DNA of 64,000 nucleotides, from contig OZ253462.1 of NCBI GenBank assembly GCA_965261395.1, positions 5,856,001-5,920,000 on the forward strand, in the 5' to 3' direction. The notes below the pieces were generated by a model. The model was not told the origin of the DNA. It saw only the letters and a list, made by a program, of their open reading frames with translations, and ran no database searches. The translations under genes and the position numbers were made by a program. Position 1 is the first letter of the stretch; each line of letters starts with the position of its first letter. Shown here piece by piece: positions 39,583 to 48,441 of this stretch. The stretch is from Candidatus Latescibacterota bacterium. Lineage in GTDB: Bacteria; Latescibacterota; UBA2968; UBA8231.

Positions 39583-40737
39583 TCACCGATGGTCCTTTTG
39601 TTCCCCACCGAAAATAAAAGAGGCACCTAGGGTTACCGGCACATGCCGGGTTGGTAGCTCAAAAAACGGCTGATCCACTCGCAATTCGAGCTTGAAGCCG
39701 ACATCGTGGAAACGCAGTGCCTCTATTCCACCGACAGCATAGCCCCCCAGACCGTTGCCCGACTCTCCGCTAATGATATAGGTGAACCCACCGCCCACGT
39801 ACGGCGAGAAATTCTGCTTGTTGAAGAAGTGACGTCCGCCGAGTCCCAGGAAACCAAATTCAACCGATTCAATCTCTTCACCATCTATCTCTATGCGTCC
39901 GGCAACCCCAAACTCAAACCCCATAGCATAGGATGGGCGCTCGTTAGAAAACGCTATTTTGAAGCCGGGCTTGGCTCCCGAGTCCATGTCCGTGCCGAGG
40001 CCGTAGATGCCGAAGATTCCTATTTCCCCAGACACCTGGCTGGGTATCTTCCGGAGCACACGAGCCTCCTGTTCGACGACACTCTCCACGTCAACCGTGG
40101 AAGCGAGCGATTTTCGGTGGACGAGCGCATCGACCAATCGCGGCGCGGCTGGGATCATCTCTTCGATATTTCCCAACTGGAGCTGGCGCTCGATAAGGAC
40201 CGTTCCGATGGGGTTTTCCTGACTCAAGCGCACCAGAACCTTTTGACCGAGGCGATGCAAACCCACGCGATAAATACTCGCCGAGTACGGCGCACGGTAA
40301 ACGGGCTCGCCGACCGGTATGCCCTGCTTGCGCAACTCGTCACACACCAGCAGGGCCGCGGTGCGCGCGTCGGCTTCCGGGAAACCCGAATGTTCTCCAA
40401 TCAAGCAGACAGCCGGGGCAAATCTCGGCTCATCCGGCTCATCGGCCTGCGAAGACGGCGTTTCAGTTTCAGCCACAGGGGCGTCCTTCTTGGCATCGAC
40501 GCGACGGCTCATCTCCACAGGTTTCTTGGAGATCTTGGCAATCTCATCCATGATATAGACGAACACGCTGCCGTCTTGGGTCTGTATCTTCAGCAATCCG
40601 CCCGGAATCTGCTCGATGATGGTGCCGCGAACGATGCTTCCATTCTTCAAGTGAACGACATCTTCCATCTGCTGGGCGAAAGCCGGCGCGGTCCCTACAA
40701 AAGCCGTCAGGCACGCGACCAAGATAAACCGTAGCAT
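39583..40737 (-). CDS. Secreted hypothetical protein, probable C-terminal outer-membrane beta-barrel
   Basis: Signal peptide (..APAFA); EDVVHLKNGSIVRGTIIEQ N-terminal module; Gly/aromatic amphipathic strands (FSPYVGGGF). Confidence 0.7.
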   Translation of the reverse strand: MLRFILVACLTAFVGTAPAFAQQMEDVVHLKNGSIVRGTIIEQIPGGLLKIQTQDGSVFVYIMDEIAKISKKPVEMSRRVDAKKDAPVAETETPSSQADEPDEPRFAPAVCLIGEHSGFPEADARTAALLVCDELRKQGIPVGEPVYRAPYSASIYRVGLHRLGQKVLVRLSQENPIGTVLIERQLQLGNIEEMIPAAPRLVDALVHRKSLASTVDVESVVEQEARVLRKIPSQVSGEIGIFGIYGLGTDMDSGAKPGFKIAFSNERPSYAMGFEFGVAGRIEIDGEEIESVEFGFLGLGGRHFFNKQNFSPYVGGGFTYIISGESGNGLGGYAVGGIEALRFHDVGFKLELRVDQPFFELPTRHVPVTLGASFIFGGEQKDHR

Positions 40738-40836
40738 ATCTTCCTCTTAAGGAATTCTACCACTTAAACACCTACGGCGGTGCAAGGTGTTACCTGTGCA
40801 GCGGATTTTTTTGTCGCTTTGCTCTGTTGAAAAGTC

Positions 40837-41008
40837 CTACGACAGCTCGCCGATAAGCCTGCGGATGTTGGTGTAGTTAGTCTGCATGGCTTCGAGCCGC
40901 GAGCCGCTTGCCGGCAGGAAGTGGGTGGCAATCGACAGGACGACGTCGCAGCGGTTGTCGCGTAGGTTGCGCAGGATAGTCGGGTAATCGACGTCTCCCT
41001 CGCCGATG
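40837..41008 (-). pseudogene. Duplicated 3' fragment of the TIM-barrel isomerase gene at 55491-56417
   Basis: 172 bp matching 55491-55662 with about 9 mismatches (counted by eye), including the stop codon. Confidence 0.92.
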
Positions 41009-41199
41009 TGAGACCACACCGTGGAGATCCATCTTGAGGGTTTCAAAATTTTCATAGGGAGTATGGTTGAATATCTACGCGGGTTAGGAGTATATTTTTC
41101 GAGTACGAAGCGGATTCACCACTCCCGAAGGGTGTGCCAAGGGTACGAAGCTTATACCTATCCGGCCCTCTTTCATTTATATCCTTAAGGTTATTTTTA

Positions 41200-43608
41200 A
41201 TGATCAAATCACTTAGCCGCATGGGCACTTGGAAGACGTATTCCATAGACGATGGCCTCGCATCGCTGCGCATTGAACACATCGCCGAGGACCGCGAGGG
41301 TTCTATCTGGTTTGCCGCGTGGGACAACGGTGCCAGCCGCTTTGACGGAGATGAGTTCCAAAATTTCACTACACGGGACGGTCTTGTTCACGACCGGGTT
41401 TTCTTCATTCAAAAGGATCGTCAGGAGCGGTTGTGGTTTGGTACCTCAAAGGGGGTCTGCTGGTACGACGGTGCAGACTTCCACCCTTTGGAGGACGACG
41501 GCATTGCAGGGCGTTCCGTGCAGTTCATCTACGAGGATCGTCAGGGTCGTATCTGGTTCGGCGGCACCGGTACCCTAGGGTATTACGATGGCTCGGCTTT
41601 CCACGACTTAATTCCACGCTATCTCCAGCAGTACCAGCCGCCTCCCTCTCCTGAGTGGGGCAACTATTGTTGGGGCATCACCGAGGATCCGCAAGGCCAC
41701 CTGTGGTTTGGCTTTGACCTCCTTACCCGCTTCGATGGCGAATCCTTCCACCGCTACAACAAGGATGAGGGTTTTCCCCGAGCAGATAACAGTTATGTCG
41801 TGAGCCAGGACCATACCGGCAAGGTGTGGATCGGTCGTAATGATTGCCACGATAAACTCTGGTACTATGCCGATGGTACCTTCCAGTCTATTCGGGTAGA
41901 TTTGGATGGCAACCTGCGCAAGATTGTGTGCGACCGGGAAGGTCGGATGTGGTTATGCACCAAGCATGGGGCATTCTACCAAGACGGTGAGGGATTCAGC
42001 CGATTTACCCCTGCCGATGGCTTACCCCATCCCGCCGTCAAAGCCATGTTCCATGATCGCGAGCATCAATTTTGGTTTGCCACTTGGGGCGGCGTCGGGC
42101 GGTACGATGCGCATAGTATCCACGTTTTCGACCTTCGTGCGAACGCAAATAGAGACATGCGTGAAGTCTCGCAGATCGTGCAAGACCGGCAAGGTGATAT
42201 ATGGGTCGGGTATGCGTCTCCCCTTATCACCCGTAAGCTCAAAAGCGTCGCCCGCTTCGATGGCGAGCACTTTACATTTGTAGATGACGAAGAAGGCTCT
42301 GACATCGGCAACTGTTTTTCCATCTACGAGGACCTTGAGGGATACCTATGGTTCGGCGGCGGAAATGGTCTGTTCCGCTACGAAGGGCAGACGCTCAAAA
42401 AGAGGAGGATAGCGGCCGATTCAGACGAAGGGGGTGTCAGCAGCATTACTCAAGATGGGGAAGGAAGATTCATTTTCGGCTATTGGGAACACTATACCCT
42501 AAGAGATAGAAAAAAGCTTTTCACCAGCCCATTAAAAATCGTGTACCAGCAGGGTGAGCAGTTCCAAACCATTTTTACGGAGGACGACAAAAAAACACTT
42601 CGTAGCCGTATAGATACGGTGATTGCCACGAACAACAACGCAATCTATTTCCATTTGGCCAGTAGCGATGGCCCAGCGAGCGGCACTGGCTTCGCCCGCT
42701 GGCATCCTGAAGAGGGCCTTACATGGTATGGGGTTGAAGATGGGCTGATCGACAACGATGTCAACGACCTACTATTAGACCGCCATGACAACCTATGGAT
42801 CGCCACGCGGGGCGGTCTCAGTTGCTTTGACGGCAGCACCTTCCGCACCTTCACCACCGAAGACGGGCTGCCGGGCAACCACATCCACTGTTTGTTTGAG
42901 GATGCACAAGGGCACCTCTGGATCGGTACCGACAGGGGTATAGGTCTTCACGATGGTCGGCTTTTCCAGACCATCAAATCACCCCATATAGCACCGGTTT
43001 GCCGCATCCTCGAAGATCGCGACGGCACCTTCTGGTTGGGCACGGTCTTGGGTTCCATTATACGCTACCGGCCACAGCAAACACCGCCCCTGATTCGTCT
43101 AATCCGGGTTGCCACCGATCAGGTCTATGAGAACATAGAGGACGTCTGCTCCTCCACGGTGGGACAGCCGGTGGTCTTCGAGTACAAGGGCCTGAGTTTT
43201 TCCACCCATCCCCGCGACATGCTCTATGTGTACCGCTTGCAGGGATACGACCTCGACTGGTGTTCAGCGACCCGAGAGCTACGAGCCTGTTATCAAAACC
43301 TGCCGCGGGGAGACTACACTTTTCAAGTCCGAGCGATAGATCGGGACCTCAACTACTCGGTGACGGCGCAGGCGCAGCTTGCGGTAGAACCTGTAGAATC
43401 CGTTAGGGAGTTATCAGTTTCTCAAGGCCCCCAAATAGTGCCTCTACTTGAATTTGAACGCCGCTATATTCTCGAAGCACTCAAAACCACCAACTGGCAG
43501 GTAAAGGGGGCAAAAGGGGCGGCGGCTCTGCTGGGGGTGCCGCCTTCTACGCTGTACGGCAAAATGAGAAAGTTGGGTATTATAAACGTTCCTAAGAAGC
43601 GTTCTTAA
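41200..43608 (+). CDS. Reg_prop beta-propeller + Y_Y_Y + Fis-type HTH regulator-like protein
   Basis: Repeated I.ED..G.IWF/DGL blades; YVYRLQGYD...YQNLPRGDYTFQVRA; C-terminal ERRYILEAL...GAAALLGVPPSTLY HTH_8. Start probably 41200 or 41221. Confidence 0.85.
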   Translation: MIKSLSRMGTWKTYSIDDGLASLRIEHIAEDREGSIWFAAWDNGASRFDGDEFQNFTTRDGLVHDRVFFIQKDRQERLWFGTSKGVCWYDGADFHPLEDDGIAGRSVQFIYEDRQGRIWFGGTGTLGYYDGSAFHDLIPRYLQQYQPPPSPEWGNYCWGITEDPQGHLWFGFDLLTRFDGESFHRYNKDEGFPRADNSYVVSQDHTGKVWIGRNDCHDKLWYYADGTFQSIRVDLDGNLRKIVCDREGRMWLCTKHGAFYQDGEGFSRFTPADGLPHPAVKAMFHDREHQFWFATWGGVGRYDAHSIHVFDLRANANRDMREVSQIVQDRQGDIWVGYASPLITRKLKSVARFDGEHFTFVDDEEGSDIGNCFSIYEDLEGYLWFGGGNGLFRYEGQTLKKRRIAADSDEGGVSSITQDGEGRFIFGYWEHYTLRDRKKLFTSPLKIVYQQGEQFQTIFTEDDKKTLRSRIDTVIATNNNAIYFHLASSDGPASGTGFARWHPEEGLTWYGVEDGLIDNDVNDLLLDRHDNLWIATRGGLSCFDGSTFRTFTTEDGLPGNHIHCLFEDAQGHLWIGTDRGIGLHDGRLFQTIKSPHIAPVCRILEDRDGTFWLGTVLGSIIRYRPQQTPPLIRLIRVATDQVYENIEDVCSSTVGQPVVFEYKGLSFSTHPRDMLYVYRLQGYDLDWCSATRELRACYQNLPRGDYTFQVRAIDRDLNYSVTAQAQLAVEPVESVRELSVSQGPQIVPLLEFERRYILEALKTTNWQVKGAKGAAALLGVPPSTLYGKMRKLGIINVPKKRS

Positions 43609-43671
43609 AACTCTTTTCCCGCTTGCTTCCGGCTCGCCTTTGGTATCACCGGGCCATGCCACTTCTTCGCT

Positions 43672-44655
43672 CTACTCTCGAATGGTCTTATACAGCGCCC
43701 CTGCGGCTTTCATCTCCGCCGCAATCTCGCGCCGCAACTCGTCCGGTGCCAGCACCTCACACTCCGGCCCCCACCCGCGAATCCAAGACTTGATCTCCAA
43801 AACGTGATTGACCCGAAACGTCAGCGTACAGCGCCCGTCTGGGTCTTCCTCTTGGGCGATCACCCCCGGCCAGTCCGATTCTCGCACCCGATAGATCGCC
43901 TCCTTGGAAAACCGCACTTTCACCTCCACCTCCTCGTAGCCGCCCCGGACTCCCCAGGCGTGCTTGAGATACTCGTAAGGGTCAAAATCCGGCGGCTCGA
44001 AGTGGATGTCCAACACCTCGACCCGCTCCAACCGCTCGAGCTTGAACGAGCAGTTGGCTTGGCGAAAGTGATCGAACCCATACACATAGCAGGAATAGCC
44101 AATAAAGGACGGCTCGATGAAAAAGGGATCGAACAGGCGCTTTGAGCGCGCCCCAGAGATGGGATCTCGATAGGTGAGCTGCACCTGTCGCCGGCTGGCC
44201 CAAGCGCGGATCAACCCTTTCAACACGTCCAGATACTTCGACGCAGGCTGCCTTTGGGACACGGCCTCGGCCGCACGCTCAACGTGCTCCCCAATCGCCT
44301 CGGGCAAAACCTCGGCCAGCTTGAGCAGGGAGGCGACCATGTGCGGATTGTGCTTGTCGCTGTAGGCCGACAGCATCCGCGCTGCCAAGTAGAGTGCGAG
44401 GGCTTCGTCTAAGTTCAACTCGATGCGAAGCAGATTTAGGTGCCCACCCTCGACTAGCTTCCAGACCCGGCCCTGCCGGTACACGGGCAGCCGCCCCCGC
44501 TCGGATAATTCTATCACATAGCGCCGGGCCGTCCGCTGACTCACGCCTAATAGCTGGGCGATTTCTCTGGTACCCACTCCTTCGGGCCGCCGCAGGAATA
44601 GTACTCTGATTTGTTCGAGCCGATCCCCCTTGTGGATGGCATCAGTTATGGGCAT
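43672..44655 (-). CDS. WYL-domain transcriptional regulator, copy 2
   Basis: Highly similar to 38457-39425 over the full length; true start MPITDA at 44655. Confidence 0.93.
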   Translation of the reverse strand: MPITDAIHKGDRLEQIRVLFLRRPEGVGTREIAQLLGVSQRTARRYVIELSERGRLPVYRQGRVWKLVEGGHLNLLRIELNLDEALALYLAARMLSAYSDKHNPHMVASLLKLAEVLPEAIGEHVERAAEAVSQRQPASKYLDVLKGLIRAWASRRQVQLTYRDPISGARSKRLFDPFFIEPSFIGYSCYVYGFDHFRQANCSFKLERLERVEVLDIHFEPPDFDPYEYLKHAWGVRGGYEEVEVKVRFSKEAIYRVRESDWPGVIAQEEDPDGRCTLTFRVNHVLEIKSWIRGWGPECEVLAPDELRREIAAEMKAAGALYKTIRE

Positions 44656-44671
44656 GACTCCATTCTCCAGC

Positions 44672-44723
44672 GAATAAAGATAAACTTTAATCGGACAGGG
44701 AATGTCCTTTCCGTTAAAAAATT
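44672..44723 (-). promoter_or_regulatory. Conserved promoter/operator block, copy 2
   Basis: CGGACA-GGGAA-TGTCCT at 44692-44708 with the same flanks and spacing. Confidence 0.85.
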
Positions 44724-44745
44724 CATAAAAGAGAGAGTTGTCAAC

Positions 44746-44784
44746 AAAAAGGTCCATATATGGTAAAAATGGTCCATATGTGGT
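44746..44784. repeat. Tandem 19-bp direct repeat with 20-bp period
   Basis: AAAAAGGTCCATATATGGT / AAAATGGTCCATATGTGGT, containing the palindrome CCATATATGG. Confidence 0.6.
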
Positions 44785-44985
44785 CCTTGCAAAAAGAACG
44801 ATATACCATTCCTAATAAAAACAACTAAATGTGTCACATATTTTTTAGGGGCAACCAATGGGTCGGACAGAGCAAGGGCCTGCGTCATTTCCAAACCAGA
44901 CTCATGGAGGTGGTGCCAAACCGATGCAGATCAAACAGCCGCACCTGCACGCCAACGGCTAGTAATCGGCCTAATAATCTGCACG

Positions 44986-47900
44986 TTACCGCAGCAGGAT
45001 AAGCTTGCGCGTCAAAACGGTCTCTTCCGTCATCAGCCTGTATAGGTACATGCCGCTGGCCACGGGGCGACCCGCGTCGTCACGACCATTCCAGTGCAGC
45101 CGGTGGTAACCCGCCTGCTGCAGCCCTTGCTGCAAGACCGCCACCCGTTGTCCGGTCAGTGCGAACACTTCCACGCTCGCCGGACTAGGCGCGTGCAAGA
45201 AATAGGCAAGAACCGTCTGGCTGTTGAACGGATTGGGCGCGTTTTGCGCCAACTGCGGGTTGTCGGGCAGAGCCACCCGCTTGCCACCCCCCAAAAAAGC
45301 GTCGAAGAGACTAACCAAGGGCGACTCCTGCCCGGTAGCGGTAAAGGTCCCCGGCTCCAGCCCCTCCACAATGGCCGAAACCGCGTTGGTCCCAGGCTCA
45401 CTGCCCAGCGTCAGTCTGGTAGCAGCGCGGCCGTTGGCATTGGTGGTGGCGGTGGCAGCCGACAGCGTCCCCCCACCAGCGGTGACCGTAAACGACACCA
45501 CCACCCCGGCCATTGCCGTACCCTCTTCATCCGACACTAAAACCACAAACGGCTCGTCCAGTAGTATGCCGGCCGTGCCCTCTTGGCTATCGCCGCAGAC
45601 CTTCGCCAGACTATGGGGCATTGCTTGCTCGGCAGCAGTAGCGGTAAAGGTCACCGGTTCCAGCCCCTCAACCGTGGCCGAAACCGTGTTGGTCCCCGGC
45701 TCGCTGCCCAGCGTCAGCCGAGTTGCGGCTTGGCCGTTGGCATCGGTGGTAGCGGTGGTGGACGACGTAGATGATTCAATAGTACAAGGGTCGGCATCGG
45801 TGGTGGACGACAGCAGCCCGCCGCCAGCGGTCACTGAAAAGGTGACGGTCGCCCCGGCAAGGGGTGAGCTAGCTTGATCCAACACCGAAACGACAAACGG
45901 CGTGGCTAGTTTTGTGCTAGCCGGGCCTTCTTGGCTATCGCCGGAGACCTTGGTCAGACTATGGGGCGTTTGCTCGATGGCCGTAGCGGTAAAAGTCTCA
46001 GGTTCAAGCCCGGCGACGGTGGCCGCAACGGTGTTGGTCCCCGGCTCGCTGCCCAGCGTCAGCGTGCTTCTGGCTTGGCCGCTGGTATTGGTAGTAGCGG
46101 TGGCAGCCGACAGCGTCCCTCCGCCGGCAGTGACCGAAAAGGTGACGACCGCCCCGGCAATCGCCGTGCCATCCTCATCCAGCACCGAAACGACAAATGG
46201 CGTGGCCAATTGCTCGCCGGCCAGGCCCTGTTGATTGTCGCCGGAGAGTTTCCTCAGCGTGTGAGGACGGGACTCCTGTTGCTCATCGCCGGAGGTTTCC
46301 ACCACCGTGTGAGGACGAGACCCCATCCACTCCGATACATCCCACAGTGCGATCATGCCAGGTGCCCCGCCCGGCAAGCCTGACCCGGAGGCGAGCGTGG
46401 CATCGTCGCCAAGAAACACTACCGAACGGACCTCACCCGTGTTCGGAAAAACGACGAGCTTTTGGCGTCTCAATACATCCCACAGTATGACCCTGCCGTC
46501 TTTTGACCCGGAAGCCAGGAGGGTCCCGTCGGGCGAAAACGCTACCGAAGTGACGTTCTTCGTATGCTCCTCTAGGATGCCGATCTGTGCGCGACTCGCA
46601 ACATCCAACAGCCTGACCGTATCATCGGACATCCCCGTTGCCAGGAGGGCACCGTCGGGCGAAAACGCCATCGAACGGACCTTATCCATAGTCAGGCTGC
46701 CGACCTTTGTGCGGCTCGCCACGTCCCAAAGCTCCGCGCCATCACTCGACCCCGTTGCCAAGAGGGCACCGTCAGGCGAAAATGCCACCGAATGGACTGC
46801 ATCTATAGACAGGCTACTGACCTTTGTGCGGCTCGCCACGTCCCAAAGCTCCGCGCCATCACGCGACCCGGAAGCCAAGAGGGCACCGTCGGGAGAAAAC
46901 GCCACCGAACGCACCCAATTCGTATGCCCTTTTAGGCTGCCGACCTTTGTGCGGCTCACCACGTCCCAAAGCAGAATCGTGCCGTCACGAGATCCGGAAG
47001 CCAGAAGGGCACCATTACGCGAAAACGCCATTGCCCAGACCCCATCCGTATGCCCTTCCAAGGTGGCGATTTCTTCTCGGCTCGCCACGTTCCACAGCCT
47101 GACCGTGGTATCTCTTGACTTGTCAGCAGTTCCCGCTCCGGAGGCTAGAATGCCCCCGTCGGGGGAAACCGCCATCGCCCAGACTCCATCCGTATGCCCT
47201 TCCAAGGTGGCAATGTGGTACGGGGAGATCTCTACAAGAACGAACTCCGTCTCGCCCACATCTCCCTCGGTATCAACTACTCTGATCTCAATCGGATGTG
47301 CAATCGGATCGGAGAGACTTGAGACAAAGGAAGAGGGAATGCTGCCGTCATAGTCGAATTCAACGAGGGTATCTCTCTCGCCTGACAACCCACGACACGC
47401 CTTGACTTCGAGAGTATTAATGCCAAATTCCCCCCTCGTGGGAGCGAACAGAAACACTTGGTGAAGCCCTTCCGAATCGCCGACTTTGAGTCGAATGGAG
47501 ACGCTCTCCGAGCCGGCCGGATAGGCGCGCGGCGATATGAGTTCGACGGTCGGTGGCAGTGTCCCATGAATTGGGCTGTCGGGATTGAAATAGGGATGCA
47601 CGGACAAAAATTCGGCAGCGCACGCAGATAACTGATCCGGTGTCCAGCCATACGACATGATGTACGCATCATCGCGGAAATCGTGATGCAAGCCGAAAGC
47701 ATGCCCCAATTCGTGGGCCACGATTATGAAGTCCACACTTTCAGATACGAACGCAAAGCCACCTTTCTTGTTGTACCGTGTTCCGATTCCTCCACCCATG
47801 CTAGCGTCGACGAGATGAAGTAAATGTTCTCTTGGAAATCGAACATCCGAATCTCATCTCTACTATAGAGGGGGTTTTGATAGTAGCTGTCGGGATGTTG

Positions 47901-48290
47901 CCCGTCGACGCGATGCACCAGCGGCTCGCCCTGCGCATCTGTCTCAAAACGGAAGGTTTTATTACCGTAGCCGTGTGCCTGCATCTGCTCGGCATAGAAG
48001 GTCTGAACCTGGCTAATCACCACTTTCATTTCATCAACCATTTCTTGACGATACGGCCGGTCATTGGGCAAAAAGTAGATCATCCGCACCGTGCGCGGCT
48101 CTCCCACGTTGAGGTCCTCCAGCCGCTTGGCCGCAGGTCGGGGGTGACCGCGCCGCCACTGTTCGTAGTCGTCGAAGGCGCAGAAATGCACACTATCGGC
48201 TGGCGGGGACGACGCATGGGCCAGCACCAGCGGCGAGAGAATGAGGCCGATTAACGCGAAAAGAGCGGAATGACGAACTGGAGTTTTCAT
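44986..48290 (-). pseudogene. Frameshifted secreted metzincin + WD40 + 3x Big_1 + FlgD/T9SS-CTD-like protein (ORFs 47724-48290 and 44986-47799)
   Basis: MKTPV head homologous to the giant gene; one missing base near 47812 (ATC TC GTC GAC) joins the two frames; HELGHAFGLHH at 47683-47715; WD repeats; QNAPNPFN tail. Confidence 0.85.
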
Positions 48291-48355
48291 GGGTTCAGCC
48301 TCCTGTAATTTCGATTTGCGTCCATGTCAGTGTCGGCATGGCTCAATCCTCCGTC

Positions 48356-48406
48356 AGATAAATATAAACCCGAAGCGGTCAGGGAATGTCCGTTATTTAA
48401 AAAATT
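48356..48406 (-). promoter_or_regulatory. Conserved promoter/operator block, copy 3
   Basis: CGGTCA-GGGAA-TGTCCG at 48376-48392; minus-strand TATATT 9 bp beyond it. Confidence 0.8.
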
Positions 48407-48441
48407 AGGGCATTAAAGCGTATTGCGTCTCGGAGACTGAC

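Noticed and set aside
39706-40734. 342-aa plus-strand ORF, and other long antisense ORFs (5324-6244, 11234-12283, 46355-47353, 56482-57408)
   Set aside because: Shadow frames opposite well-supported genes in GC-rich or repetitive DNA, with no recognisable motifs.
40767-40792. AACACCT...AGGTGTT short inverted repeat upstream of the 384-aa gene
   Set aside because: Only 7-bp arms, single copy, no U-tract; not distinguishable from chance.
40837-41008. Duplicated gene end as a DGR template/variable repeat pair
   Set aside because: Mismatches are mostly synonymous and not adenine-specific, and no reverse transcriptase is in the window.
40837-41055. 72-aa ORF as a real gene
   Set aside because: It is the isomerase 3' fragment joined to unrelated upstream sequence.
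44656-44757. ORF-track N-terminal extensions (also at 10935, 38386, 6702, 3787, 57366, 58508, 59227, 60042)
   Set aside because: Paralog alignment, RBS position or stop/start overlaps support the downstream starts; the 44757 extension runs through the operator.
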